Shown: positions 8,479 through 17,513 of the stretch, piece by piece
How positions within the stretch are numbered: the stretch's first letter is position 1
Layout of the letters: each line of letters begins with the position of its first letter
Position numbers and translations under genes: made by a program
Assembly (NCBI GenBank): GCA_963791725.1
Contig: CAWBTQ010000003.1
Location: forward strand, 129,441 to 193,440
Reading direction: 5' to 3'
Origin: an uncultured Chloroflexia bacterium
GTDB taxonomy: Bacteria; Chloroflexota; Limnocylindria; Limnocylindrales; CSP1-4
DNA length: 64,000 bases
Notes under the pieces: model-generated
The model's input: only the letters and a program-made list of their open reading frames with translations
Told to the model about the DNA's origin: nothing
The model's database searches: none

Positions 8479-9792
8479 TGCGTGGTCCCTCCAGTCGAGT
8501 TGACGGGCCAGGCAGAGCTTGATTAGCGCAGCCCGGGGATGGGTGAATTTGGCGTCCTGTGGCGTGCGGTCCTGAGCTGCCCGCACGCGGCGAAGCGCTG
8601 CCGCGAGTATGTCGGGCGGCAGGGCCGCGCCGGTCAGGGCGGAATGGAGCAGGGCGCGAGGCAGAGGTCGTGGAAGATCGCGGATATCGCGCACGGTCGA
8701 ACTCGCGAGCGCGAAGAGTCCGTGCGGCTTCCATGTCTCCCCGTTCGGCGACACGATGGCCTGTTGGGCGAACCAGCGGCCGAGCGACGCCTTGGCCTCC
8801 ACAAGAGTCGCGTCGAGCCAGTCGCGCACGACGACACGCCCGCCGCTAGCCGAGAGTGCGGCCGCGAAGAAGCGGGTGTCGTCAACTAGTTCAGGCTTGA
8901 CCGGCGACCATGCTGCCGCGATCAGCGCCCGGACCTCTTCGGGATCGGGGGTCTCCAGTGGCCGGCGGAATGCGAAGGACGTCCGACCCTTCGTCCAGAA
9001 AATGAAGGCCACGTCGCCGACCCGAATCGATGTCCGCTCGGTCGCCAGAAGTTCGTTGAGCCCATCCGTGAAGCCCTCTGCGCATTCTCGGCAGGTCGGC
9101 GCGATCCGGGATTCGTGTAATCCGTAAGACTCGAACGCGAGAGCGTTTGCCGAGATGAGCGAGGTTCCGGACGTCTGACCACCCGGTACACCCTTGACCT
9201 TCTTGGGCAAGCGATCCAGGACTGCCCGCTCGCGACCACAGACGACACATTGCATGACGTCCGCTCCATGGGCCGCCGGATCGTGTTCTGCCGCCCAGAA
9301 GGCAGCGACAGCGGCACGCTCGATTGGCAGCGAACCGTCTACCGAAAACGTAAGGAACGCCCCGGCATCGAAGTCCGACGGAAGGATGAGTTCCGCGAGT
9401 GGATCGGATCGAGCGAAGGACAGAACAGCGGCAACTGCTGGATCGCCGGTCTCGGTCGCGCATCGCTCCAGAAGCCCAAGATAGGCAGCGTGCCGCACCT
9501 TTGCTCGCTCAACTGTGGTCCGCGCCAAGCCAAAGGTGTACTCGGCGTTGTCGGCGAGGAGCAATGGACGGACGGCACTCGCCCGCTGGTGGGTTGGCGC
9601 CAGCCTTCTCGTGCCGCGCTTCGTCTGCCGCCCGGCTGGGTCAGCCGTGTCGATCGGCGCCGGTGAGACCAGATGGCCTTTACTGTCGATATCGACGATG
9701 TAGCGGATCGCAACCGGGCCGTAGCCTGGTAGCGGAGCCGCTCTGCCGTCTGCTGGACGCTCCTGATACTCCACCAGTCGTTGGAGCAGCAT
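8041..9792 (-). CDS. cas8c: Type I-C Cas8c/Csd1 large subunit
   Basis: MLLQRLVEY, LLADNAEY, CVVCG...LISAN..AFESYG...C..C, AYHCGRLLAVLE, QGLFALGYYHQR. Confidence 0.95.
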   Translation of the reverse strand: MLLQRLVEYQERPADGRAAPLPGYGPVAIRYIVDIDSKGHLVSPAPIDTADPAGRQTKRGTRRLAPTHQRASAVRPLLLADNAEYTFGLARTTVERAKVRHAAYLGLLERCATETGDPAVAAVLSFARSDPLAELILPSDFDAGAFLTFSVDGSLPIERAAVAAFWAAEHDPAAHGADVMQCVVCGRERAVLDRLPKKVKGVPGGQTSGTSLISANALAFESYGLHESRIAPTCRECAEGFTDGLNELLATERTSIRVGDVAFIFWTKGRTSFAFRRPLETPDPEEVRALIAAAWSPVKPELVDDTRFFAAALSASGGRVVVRDWLDATLVEAKASLGRWFAQQAIVSPNGETWKPHGLFALASSTVRDIRDLPRPLPRALLHSALTGAALPPDILAAALRRVRAAQDRTPQDAKFTHPRAALIKLCLARQLDWRDHAMESLESGEPRPAYHCGRLLAVLEEAQREAIPNLSATLVDRFYGSASSAPASVFGTLLHGARPHLAKLERDRPGVYHAIERRLEEVLAAISPAGFPTTLTLQEQGLFALGYYHQRAKDRAEMHRRADARRKGSEEPSAEASVEPGA

Positions 9793-9795
9793 CGC

Positions 9796-10458
9796 CTAGC
9801 CCTCCCATGCCCGCTTGTTGGGCGGTGGCGGCACGTGCAGCACTCCATGTTCGAGCTGGGCCCGGAAGAAGCGCGGCTGGCCACGGCCTGATGTGTCCGG
9901 CTCGTAGTCGATGTCCAGGAGCATCGAGCCGAGATCCTCGGACACGTCGATCGCCTGCTCCCCGAACACGCGCTCTCCGAAGCTGGCGCTGAACTCGCGA
10001 CAGCCAAGGTAGGGCGTCGCGAAGCATCGGCCGTCGGCCACGCGCCGACGGAACTGGTCGCGGTACTTGGCTGGGTTCTCGACTACTCCGGGCCGCAGCT
10101 CGACCTGGGACCGGACTAGATACGCCACGTCTCGCAATGCGAGCGTGTGGCGCTGCGCGCGGTCTTCGCTCGCGTCATATCCGCCCCCGTTCTCTGCCCA
10201 GCCCTGGGCGATCTCAGCGCTAGCTCGCGAGTTGACCTCATTACGCAGGATCGAGAAGTAGCGGATGGGACGGAGCAGCCAGATCTCCTCGATGCGCCAA
10301 CGGAACTCTGGTTTCCAGAAGATGGCTTCTAGTGCACCTCGAGCGGCCGAGGGCGTCATGAGCGGGTAGCTCACGCGCTCGACCTTCATCTCTGGCCTGG
10401 TGAAGCAGGCGAGGTCGCCCCACAGTCGGACTTCGCAGGGACCTAGAGCTTCGCTCAT
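9796..10458 (-). CDS. cas5c: Type I-C Cas5 (Cas5d), crRNA-processing
   Basis: WGDLACFTRPEMKVERVSYPLMTPSAARGALEAIFWKP, PYLGCREF; GGGAGG RBS. Confidence 0.97.
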   Translation of the reverse strand: MSEALGPCEVRLWGDLACFTRPEMKVERVSYPLMTPSAARGALEAIFWKPEFRWRIEEIWLLRPIRYFSILRNEVNSRASAEIAQGWAENGGGYDASEDRAQRHTLALRDVAYLVRSQVELRPGVVENPAKYRDQFRRRVADGRCFATPYLGCREFSASFGERVFGEQAIDVSEDLGSMLLDIDYEPDTSGRGQPRFFRAQLEHGVLHVPPPPNKRAWEG

Positions 10459-10474
10459 GGCACCTCCCTCTGGT

Positions 10475-12652
10475 TCATACGACAAGATCGGCGGGCATGG
10501 CGCCTTCATCAATCAGACCTCGCACGGCGTCGTAGCCACCTAGCCACTCGGCCACTCCGGGCAGGAGTTCGTTCGCCAGCCCATGGCGCAACGCCACATC
10601 GAACCGCCGCCGATGCAGCTGGACGATGTAGGGCTGGAGCCTTCGCATGGTGGGCCGCGCGGACAGAAAGCCCGAGCGCAGGACATCGAGCAGTCGATCG
10701 ATCTCCGCGACTTGCCGTGCAGGTCCATAGCGGACCACGACCGAGGATCGAGGCTCATCGATCATGCGGAACCGCTCTTCCACGTCCGGATAGTCAAAGA
10801 CTCCACGGCGCTCCTGGATGCGCTCCCTGTCGGTATCAATGAGACCGAATAGCCGCTCGAAGTACCTCCGAACCGTCTCCGGATCGTTTGGGTCCGCCTG
10901 GGGACTATTCACGACCGCATCCGAGAGGCCGGCAGCCGTCCGATACGACCCGGCCGGCAGATGACCAGCCTCGGGTCGGAAGACGACGACGGAGCCCGAA
11001 ACAAGGCGGCCCTCGCGGTTACACCGCCCAGCGGCTTGGATGATCGAGTCGAGCGGGCCGCGCGCGCGCAGAACCAGCGGAAAGTCAAGATCGACCCCCG
11101 CCTCGACGACCTGGGTAGAGACCAGCCGACACGGCTCGCCTGCGTCGAGTCTGCGCCGGACCTCGGCGATCACGGCTCGCCTATGGGCGCCGCACAAGAG
11201 GGTCGACAGGTGCATCGTGTCTGGATCGTCCAACGCATCGAGCAGATCAAGAGCGTCGGTCTTGCTGTTCACGACTGCCAGAGCCTGCGGCGCCTCCATC
11301 ATGCGCCGTGCGACTTCGGCCCAAGGCCACGGCTCCGTTGGCCACTCAAAGCGAACTCGGCGCAGAGCGGCGAAGTGCCGCTCTGGGTTCGGTACGATCT
11401 CACGAGCTTGCAGCCGCCGGAAGACAGGGATGGCCTCGAACGCTGGCTGCGTCGCCGTCGAAAGGACGACGGTAGCGCCGTAGTGGCGAACAAGCTCCGT
11501 GACCGCATCGAGGATCGGCGTCAATAGGTGCGGCGGCAGTGCCTGCGCCTCGTCCAGAACGATCACGCTGCGGGCGAGTCGATGGAGCTTCCGACAGCGG
11601 CCTGGGTGCGCCGAGAACAGACTCTCGAACAGCTGAATCGTCGTAGTGACGACGATAGGTGCATCCCAGTTCTCCGTCGCAAGTCGACGACGGACCTGTG
11701 AGCTGTCCTGGTCGCCGTCGTCGTCGGGTTGCTCGACCACGCCGCTGTGGTGTTCGAGCACCGTCAACTCGTCGCCATCCGGAGGGCCGAGCGCCCAGCG
11801 GTAGGCGTCGGCAGTCTGTTCCGTGATCGTCAGGAATGGCACCGCGACGATGACGCGATCAAGGCCGTAGGTGATCGCGTGCCGAAGCGCAAAGGCCATT
11901 CCCGAGAGAGTCTTGCCACCGCCGGTTGGGACCGTCAACCGGAAGAGGCCAGGAGGCGCATCGGCAGCCGCGAGACAAGCCTTGTACACATCGGCGCGCG
12001 CCTCTGCGACACGGCCAAAGCCGACCGGCATCGTGGCGTGGTTGGCCTCGAAACGCCGCCACAATTCGGACAAAGCGAGAGCGGTCCCTCGCATTCCGCT
12101 TGCCGCCGGATCGAAGTGCGCCTCAGTATCGAGGAAGTCAGCATCCACGAGCGCCGAGAACATGAGCCGTACGAATGTCTCGGCCGCCAGTGGGTCGTCA
12201 ATCCATTCGGGCAGGTCGACAGGCTTGCTTGGCTGCAGGTTTGGGATCTCCGCGAATGCCCTTTCGAGTGACTGTACGGCTCCGCCGTCGGACGCCCGCT
12301 CGGCAAGCCACGCCCTCAGGCCCGCAGAGCCTTCACGGGCACGGAGCCCGCCGTGGTGTCCCTGGACAGCCATCGCCAGAGGCCCGAGCTGCTGTTGGTA
12401 CGCCAGCTGGGCACCAGCCGCCTTGTGGTCTCCACCAGCACCGCGGCGGCCCTTTCCCTTGGCGCAAGCCTGTAGGTACGTCTGGAACGTGTCCGAGTAC
12501 TTCCCGATGTCGTGCCAGAGCCCGAGGTAACGAGCAGCTTCTGACGCGCCGAGACTGGTCCCGAAGCGTTCGGCCCGTTCCGCGGAACCTTCCAGGTGCT
12601 CCACCAACCCGTGCCACCGCCCGGCAGCATTAGGTGTGTGCGCGTAGGCCAC
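10475..12652 (-). CDS. cas3: Cas3 HD nuclease/SF2 helicase
   Basis: YAH...HL...WHDIGK, ALVDADFLDT, PTGGGKT, DEAQ, STAT, STQVVEAGVDLDF, QAAGRCNREG. Confidence 0.97.
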   Translation of the reverse strand: MAYAHTPNAAGRWHGLVEHLEGSAERAERFGTSLGASEAARYLGLWHDIGKYSDTFQTYLQACAKGKGRRGAGGDHKAAGAQLAYQQQLGPLAMAVQGHHGGLRAREGSAGLRAWLAERASDGGAVQSLERAFAEIPNLQPSKPVDLPEWIDDPLAAETFVRLMFSALVDADFLDTEAHFDPAASGMRGTALALSELWRRFEANHATMPVGFGRVAEARADVYKACLAAADAPPGLFRLTVPTGGGKTLSGMAFALRHAITYGLDRVIVAVPFLTITEQTADAYRWALGPPDGDELTVLEHHSGVVEQPDDDGDQDSSQVRRRLATENWDAPIVVTTTIQLFESLFSAHPGRCRKLHRLARSVIVLDEAQALPPHLLTPILDAVTELVRHYGATVVLSTATQPAFEAIPVFRRLQAREIVPNPERHFAALRRVRFEWPTEPWPWAEVARRMMEAPQALAVVNSKTDALDLLDALDDPDTMHLSTLLCGAHRRAVIAEVRRRLDAGEPCRLVSTQVVEAGVDLDFPLVLRARGPLDSIIQAAGRCNREGRLVSGSVVVFRPEAGHLPAGSYRTAAGLSDAVVNSPQADPNDPETVRRYFERLFGLIDTDRERIQERRGVFDYPDVEERFRMIDEPRSSVVVRYGPARQVAEIDRLLDVLRSGFLSARPTMRRLQPYIVQLHRRRFDVALRHGLANELLPGVAEWLGGYDAVRGLIDEGAMPADLVV

Positions 12653-12814
12653 TACTAAGCCCTTCCGTGTCGAGATCCCCGATGTCTTGCGACTCTGCGA
12701 CTCGGCCGTGCCAGCTAGTCTGACACGTCCCCAACCGACGCCGTGGGTCATTCGACCGCCAACGGCCGCAGTCCAGGCCTTGCAGTCCTGGCCAATGTAT
12801 GTTACATAGTCTGT

Positions 12815-13420
12815 ATGGATCTACCGGACATCGGCCGCTATCGACGGCGCTTCATCGTGGAATTCGGCCCGGAAGACTCGGGTCTCGTGGACCGCGTGGG
12901 CGAGGTCTACAAGACCAAGCGCGCCGCCATCATCGCTGGGCTGCGCTTGCTCGACAGTGGCGAGACCGCGCAGCTGCGGGTGCGGCTCGCTGCGCTTGAG
13001 GCGGAACTGTCGTCCGCCCGCGAGGCGCTAGAGGACAAAGCAAAGGCTATCCACGACGCCAAGCCGGCCGCGGCGCTGGCCAAGGCCGACCTGCGGGAGA
13101 AGCGCCAGGAACTCGCCGCTGCCCGGGCAGAGGTGCGGCGGCTCAAGGCTGCCAATGCGGACGTGCGGCGCGCCATTGTCGAACTTACCGCCGAGCGGGA
13201 TCGGCTCAACGATCTGGTCCCCCACCACGCCTATTGTGGCTACTGCGACAAGCTCGTACCCGAAGCCGAATGGGCCGAGCAACCCGGCCAAGGTGGCTAT
13301 CTGGTCTACCACAAGCCCGACGGCTACAGAGCAAAGGGCGGCATCGTCGGCCGACCCGCGACCGTTCTCTTCTGGCGCGAGAAGTCGCTCTTGGCACCGC
13401 GCGACGGCTCGTCAGAATGA
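12815..13420 (+). CDS. Hypothetical protein: putative ribbon-helix-helix N-terminus, coiled coil, Cys/His C-terminus
   Basis: RRFIVEF strand plus two helices, long A/E/K/R heptad region, HHAYCGYC..H; ATGA-coupled to next gene. Confidence 0.7.
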   Translation: MDLPDIGRYRRRFIVEFGPEDSGLVDRVGEVYKTKRAAIIAGLRLLDSGETAQLRVRLAALEAELSSAREALEDKAKAIHDAKPAAALAKADLREKRQELAAARAEVRRLKAANADVRRAIVELTAERDRLNDLVPHHAYCGYCDKLVPEAEWAEQPGQGGYLVYHKPDGYRAKGGIVGRPATVLFWREKSLLAPRDGSSE

Positions 13421-13659
13421 TCGACATGACCGACGCCAACCCGCTCTTCTCCGAGCCGCTCGGGCTCATCTGGTTCATCGCGATCTGGCTGCTCGCGCGC
13501 ATGGCCCGCTCCCGCCCGGCGCCAATCGCGGGCCGGGCAACGATTGCGCTCGGCCCACCGCGTCTTGTCCCACTCGACCCCGATGAGGAGGTCGCTGCAA
13601 GCCGGCTTCTAGCGAGCATCGCAGCCGATGCCATGGCCGAGTCGGAGGGTTGGGGATGA
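13417..13659 (+). CDS. Small hypothetical protein (80 aa) with one hydrophobic segment
   Basis: ATGA overlaps at both ends (13417-13420, 13656-13659); LGLIWFIAIWLLA segment. Confidence 0.6.
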   Translation: MIDMTDANPLFSEPLGLIWFIAIWLLARMARSRPAPIAGRATIALGPPRLVPLDPDEEVAASRLLASIAADAMAESEGWG

Positions 13660-15185
13660 GCAGCACCGTCCGCGTCGCGCTCTATACGCGGATCAGCACC
13701 GACGAAGTCAACCAGCCGTACTCGCTTGGGGCCCAACGCGATCGGCTCGAAGCCTATGTGAAGTCTCAGCCGGATTGGACGATCACAAACGTCTACACCG
13801 ACCAGGCAAGCGGCAAGAACCTGAACCGGCCCGCCCTGGCAGCGGCTCGGTCGGCGGCCGCCGCGGGCAAGTTCGACATCCTGCTCTTCTATCGGATCGA
13901 TCGCCTCTCGCGGGTTCTGGGCGATCTGATAGCCATCGTCGGTGACCTTCAGGACAAGGGCGTAGGGCTGCGAAGTGCGACGGAAACGTTCGACACGTCA
14001 AACCCTGCCGGCTGGCTGCTCGTCCAGGTCCTTGGCTCGGTCGCTGAGTTCGAACGCTCGACGATGCTCGACCGCATCAGGGCAGGAATGGAGCGCAAAG
14101 CCGCGCGCGGAGAATGGACTGGCGGTGTGCCGCCATATGGCTATCGAAAGGCGCACGGCGAGTCTCTCCTGAGACCCGACCCGGAGGCCGGCCCAATCGT
14201 TCGGTCGATCTTCACCCGCTACGTCCGGACACGCGACGGCGCCCGGTCAATCGCCGATTGGCTCAACGGGCAGGGCGTGCGGACTCGTTCTGGCGTTCCT
14301 TGGTCGACATCGGGTGTTCTGAGTCTGCTTCGAAACCGGGCGTACATCGGCGAGGTGAGCTTCCGCGGAGTCTGGGGTCCGAGCAAGCACGAACCTATCG
14401 TCGATCTGGAACTCTTCGACGCTGCCAAGGCCATTCTTGATCAGCGTGGCGGATCACCGGGCATCCGCCGGACCAATGCGACCGAATTCCTGTTGAGCAC
14501 GCTGCGGATCGTGTGCGATCGGTGCGGCCACCCGATGGTCGGCGCGAGCGCCCGTGGTCGGGGCGGGAAGCTCTACTCCTACTACACATGTTCTACTCGC
14601 GTTCGAAAAGGACCAAAGGGCTGCGACCAGGAACGCTTGCCCAAGGACGAACTAGAGCAGGCGGTGTTGGCGCAGATGACCGAGGTCTACGCCGACACGG
14701 GCCTCGTCTCTACCGCACTCGAAGATGCGCAGGTGGAGACGCGCGCCAGAGATGCAGAACGCCAAGCGGAGCACGATCGGCTCCAAGCCCATGCCGCCGA
14801 ACTTCGCCGCAAGATCGATCGCTACGTGGCGGCCTTCGAGGCTGGCGAGCTGCAGGCCTTCTTGCTTCAGAACCGCGTGGGCGACCTCCAGGCCGAGCTT
14901 GCCGCGGCTGAGTCAGCGATTGCACAAGAGCCGGCGGCGGAGCCCATGTCGGGCCAGGCTGACTTCGGCCTGGTGTCCTGGGGCCTCAGCAAGGCCCTGG
15001 GAGACGTTCTCGCGAGTAGGTCGCCACGCCTGACCAAGGCACTCCTGCGAGTCCTGATCGGAGAGATACGCGTGGTCTCGCCGATTGACATACGGCCCAC
15101 CTACCGGGTACCGGCGGCCGAGGTTCGCATACTGGAGGGGCTGGTAGGGGAGGGAGGACTCGAACCTCCAACCGAGGCTGTATAA
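13656..15185 (+). CDS. Large serine recombinase (integrase)
   Basis: ALYTRISTDE catalytic Ser, IDRLSR, AEFER, GGVPPYGY, LRNRAYIG, HEPIVD, zinc ribbon CDRCG...YYTC...C, coiled coil. Confidence 0.96.
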   Translation: MSSTVRVALYTRISTDEVNQPYSLGAQRDRLEAYVKSQPDWTITNVYTDQASGKNLNRPALAAARSAAAAGKFDILLFYRIDRLSRVLGDLIAIVGDLQDKGVGLRSATETFDTSNPAGWLLVQVLGSVAEFERSTMLDRIRAGMERKAARGEWTGGVPPYGYRKAHGESLLRPDPEAGPIVRSIFTRYVRTRDGARSIADWLNGQGVRTRSGVPWSTSGVLSLLRNRAYIGEVSFRGVWGPSKHEPIVDLELFDAAKAILDQRGGSPGIRRTNATEFLLSTLRIVCDRCGHPMVGASARGRGGKLYSYYTCSTRVRKGPKGCDQERLPKDELEQAVLAQMTEVYADTGLVSTALEDAQVETRARDAERQAEHDRLQAHAAELRRKIDRYVAAFEAGELQAFLLQNRVGDLQAELAAAESAIAQEPAAEPMSGQADFGLVSWGLSKALGDVLASRSPRLTKALLRVLIGEIRVVSPIDIRPTYRVPAAEVRILEGLVGEGGLEPPTEAV

Positions 15186-15218
15186 GAGCCGTGCTCTGAC
15201 CAATTGAGCTACTCCCCC
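15142..15218 (-). tRNA. tRNA-Ile (anticodon UAU), 77 nt with encoded CCA
   Basis: Cloverleaf GGGGGAG-TA-GCTC AATTGGTCA GAGC-A-CGGCT CTTATAC AGCCT-CGGTT-GGAGG TTCGAGT CCTCC-CTCCCCT-A-CCA. Confidence 0.92.
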
Positions 15219-15266
15219 GCCGGGGCACGATCGTACACCAAGAGGCCGATCCCGCAGCGGCCGCGT

Positions 15267-16511
15267 TCAGTCCACGCCGCCGCGGAGAACCTCGATCTGG
15301 GGCCGGTGCGGGATCGTCTCGGGCGTGTTCGAGGCCACCAGCGCCACACCGTCGCGGAAGCGACGCAGCTCGGCATCCGTGTTGAAGAAGCCGACGCTGA
15401 TGCGAATCGCGTCGAGCGGCGGAATGGTTCGGGCGATACACAGAGTGCGCTGCGAGAGCTCCTTCAAGGCCGCGGTGGACTTCCAGCCGGCGATCCGGAA
15501 CGTGACGAGCCCGGCCATGTTGTCGCGCGGCGTCAGCATCTGCACTCCGGGGACCTCGACCAGCATCGACGCCGCCTCGCCGGCAAGCCGGGCGATCCGC
15601 TCGTGGATCCACTGCCAGCCCACGAACATCGAGAGCCACGCCGCACTGCGGGCCAGGCCCAGCACGGACGGCTGATGGTAGTTCGAGGCCTCGAACCGGC
15701 GGGCGTCGGGCCACGGCTTGCCCTCCCCCACCAGATCCATCGATTCGAAGCTGAAGTAGCCGGCGAATGCCATGCGCGGTCGGTCGAGCACCGCTGGCGC
15801 GCAGTAGACCGCGCCGACGCCTTCGGGCCCGAGCAACCATTTCTGGCCCGGGACGGCGTAGAAGTCCGCTCCCAGGTCCTCGACCGAGACCGGCAGCGCT
15901 CCGACCGCCTGGGCGCCATCGACGGCAACGACCGCGCCGCGGGAATGAGCCAGTTCGGCGATCTCACGGACAGGGAGCCGCGCGCCGGTGGCCCAGGTCA
16001 CGTGCGAGAGCGAGACGAGCCGCGTGCCCGGAACGATCGCCCGATCGAAGGCCGCGACGACCGCCGCCGCATCGGCGGCGTCCCCGATGTCGGCGATCGA
16101 GAGTTCCACGCCGAGGCGATCGCGAATCGCCCACAGCGGCCCGAGTCCGCCGGCGTGCTCGAGGTTCGTAGTCACCGCTCGATCCCCGGGCCGCCAATCG
16201 ACCGCCCATGTGGCTACGTTCATACCGTCCGTGGTGGCGTGCGTCAGCGCAACCTGCGCCGGGCCCGCGCCTATGACGGCGGCAACCGCCGCGCGCGCCT
16301 CGGCCATGCGCTCGAGCGAGTCTCGATAGTGATTCAGGTCCGCCCGGCCGGTGCGCAACTCCCACGCCTCCGCCTCGGCCATGGCATGGGCCGTTTCCCT
16401 CGGCAGTGGTCCGGCGGTGCCCGTGTTCAAGTAGATGCCCGCGGCCGTGGATGGGAGCGCCTCGCGGATCGCGGGGATCTTTTCGTCGTCGGGAAGGAAT
16501 GGACTCACCAC
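15267..16511 (-). CDS. Class V PLP-dependent aminotransferase/lyase (CefD/EgtE-like)
   Basis: YLNTGTAGP, EH, VDGAQAVG, PGQKWLLGPEG, RISVGFFN; lacks the SufS RAGHHC motif. Confidence 0.88.
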   Translation of the reverse strand: MVSPFLPDDEKIPAIREALPSTAAGIYLNTGTAGPLPRETAHAMAEAEAWELRTGRADLNHYRDSLERMAEARAAVAAVIGAGPAQVALTHATTDGMNVATWAVDWRPGDRAVTTNLEHAGGLGPLWAIRDRLGVELSIADIGDAADAAAVVAAFDRAIVPGTRLVSLSHVTWATGARLPVREIAELAHSRGAVVAVDGAQAVGALPVSVEDLGADFYAVPGQKWLLGPEGVGAVYCAPAVLDRPRMAFAGYFSFESMDLVGEGKPWPDARRFEASNYHQPSVLGLARSAAWLSMFVGWQWIHERIARLAGEAASMLVEVPGVQMLTPRDNMAGLVTFRIAGWKSTAALKELSQRTLCIARTIPPLDAIRISVGFFNTDAELRRFRDGVALVASNTPETIPHRPQIEVLRGGVD

Positions 16512-16612
16512 GGTTCGTATGATAGGCGGCAGTTCGTTCGGCGCCCGTCGAGCCACGGGGTCGTCACTGGCTCATCCGGCGAGCGCGATTGGGACTGCAG
16601 GCGGGGTGGTTC

Positions 16613-17470
16613 ATGACCGGGTACAACGTCGGCGGTTACGCCAGGCCGGAGTTGCTGGCGACGCCCGAGTGGCTGGCCGAGAACATCGGGCGGCCCGGCT
16701 TCGGCGTGCTCGACCTGCGCTGGCGGCCCGACGGCTCCGGGCGCCGTCTCTACGCGACCGGGCACGTCCCCGGGGCCATGTATGTCGACTGGCGGACCGA
16801 CCTGGTCGATCAGGACGACGAGGGCGACATCCTGCTCATGGCCGGCCCTCAGCAAGTGACGTCGACGCTGACACGGGCCGGTCTGGGCAATGGCATGGTG
16901 GGAGTCATCTACGACGACAGCGACGCCTCATACGCCGCGAGGGCGTGGTGGACGCTTCGCACCTACGGCTTCGACTCGGCCCGCATCATGGTCGGGGGGA
17001 TCGAGGGCTGGCGGGCCCTTGGGCAACCGGTATCGACGGCAGCCGAGTTCCGGCCGCCGGCCGCCTTCACGCCGCGCCTGGAGGCCCGCCTCAGGCTCGG
17101 CGCGAGCGACGTCAAGGACCTCCTGGACTCGCCGGGCGTTCAGCTGCTCGACGCTCGTGCGCCTTCCGAGTTTGCCGGTCATGCGGGCACCGGACGCCGC
17201 CTGGGGCACATCCCGGGAGCTCTCAACCTGCCCGCGTCGGCCACAACCGTTCCGCGGACAGGCCGCTTCCAGACCGCCGACGAGCTGGTCGCGCTCTTGC
17301 GGCGGGTCGGCGGCAACCCGCGGCGCCGGCTGATCTGCTACGACTCGGCCGGGATGGGGGCCTGCAAGCTGGCCTTTGCCTTGACCCTGATCGGGTGCGA
17401 CGACATCGCCGTCTACGACGGTGGCTGGGCCGAATGGGGCGAGCGGCTGGATCTTCCGGTGGCGCGTTAG
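16613..17470 (+). CDS. Tandem-domain rhodanese/sulfurtransferase homolog
   Basis: ELLATPEWL, GHVPGA, AARAWW, LLDAR, GHIPGA, YDGGWAEW. Confidence 0.88.
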   Translation: MTGYNVGGYARPELLATPEWLAENIGRPGFGVLDLRWRPDGSGRRLYATGHVPGAMYVDWRTDLVDQDDEGDILLMAGPQQVTSTLTRAGLGNGMVGVIYDDSDASYAARAWWTLRTYGFDSARIMVGGIEGWRALGQPVSTAAEFRPPAAFTPRLEARLRLGASDVKDLLDSPGVQLLDARAPSEFAGHAGTGRRLGHIPGALNLPASATTVPRTGRFQTADELVALLRRVGGNPRRRLICYDSAGMGACKLAFALTLIGCDDIAVYDGGWAEWGERLDLPVAR

Positions 17471-17513
17471 CTCGGAGCGGTCGCATGGCCGGGCGACCGG
17501 CCTCGAAGGTCGG

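Larger units (their letters stand above)
1..15185. mobile_element. Putative LSR-mobilised genomic island at the tRNA-Ile 3' end; left boundary outside window
   Basis: Integrase converging on and overlapping the tRNA 3' half; accessory cargo on the left, housekeeping genes resume right of the tRNA. Confidence 0.75.

Noticed and set aside
5082-12652. Absence of cas6
   Set aside because: Normal for type I-C, where Cas5c processes crRNA.
5082-15185. CRISPR-associated transposon (CAST) interpretation
   Set aside because: No tnsA/B/C or tniQ; Cas3 is intact; no spacer matching the tRNA was seen by eye.
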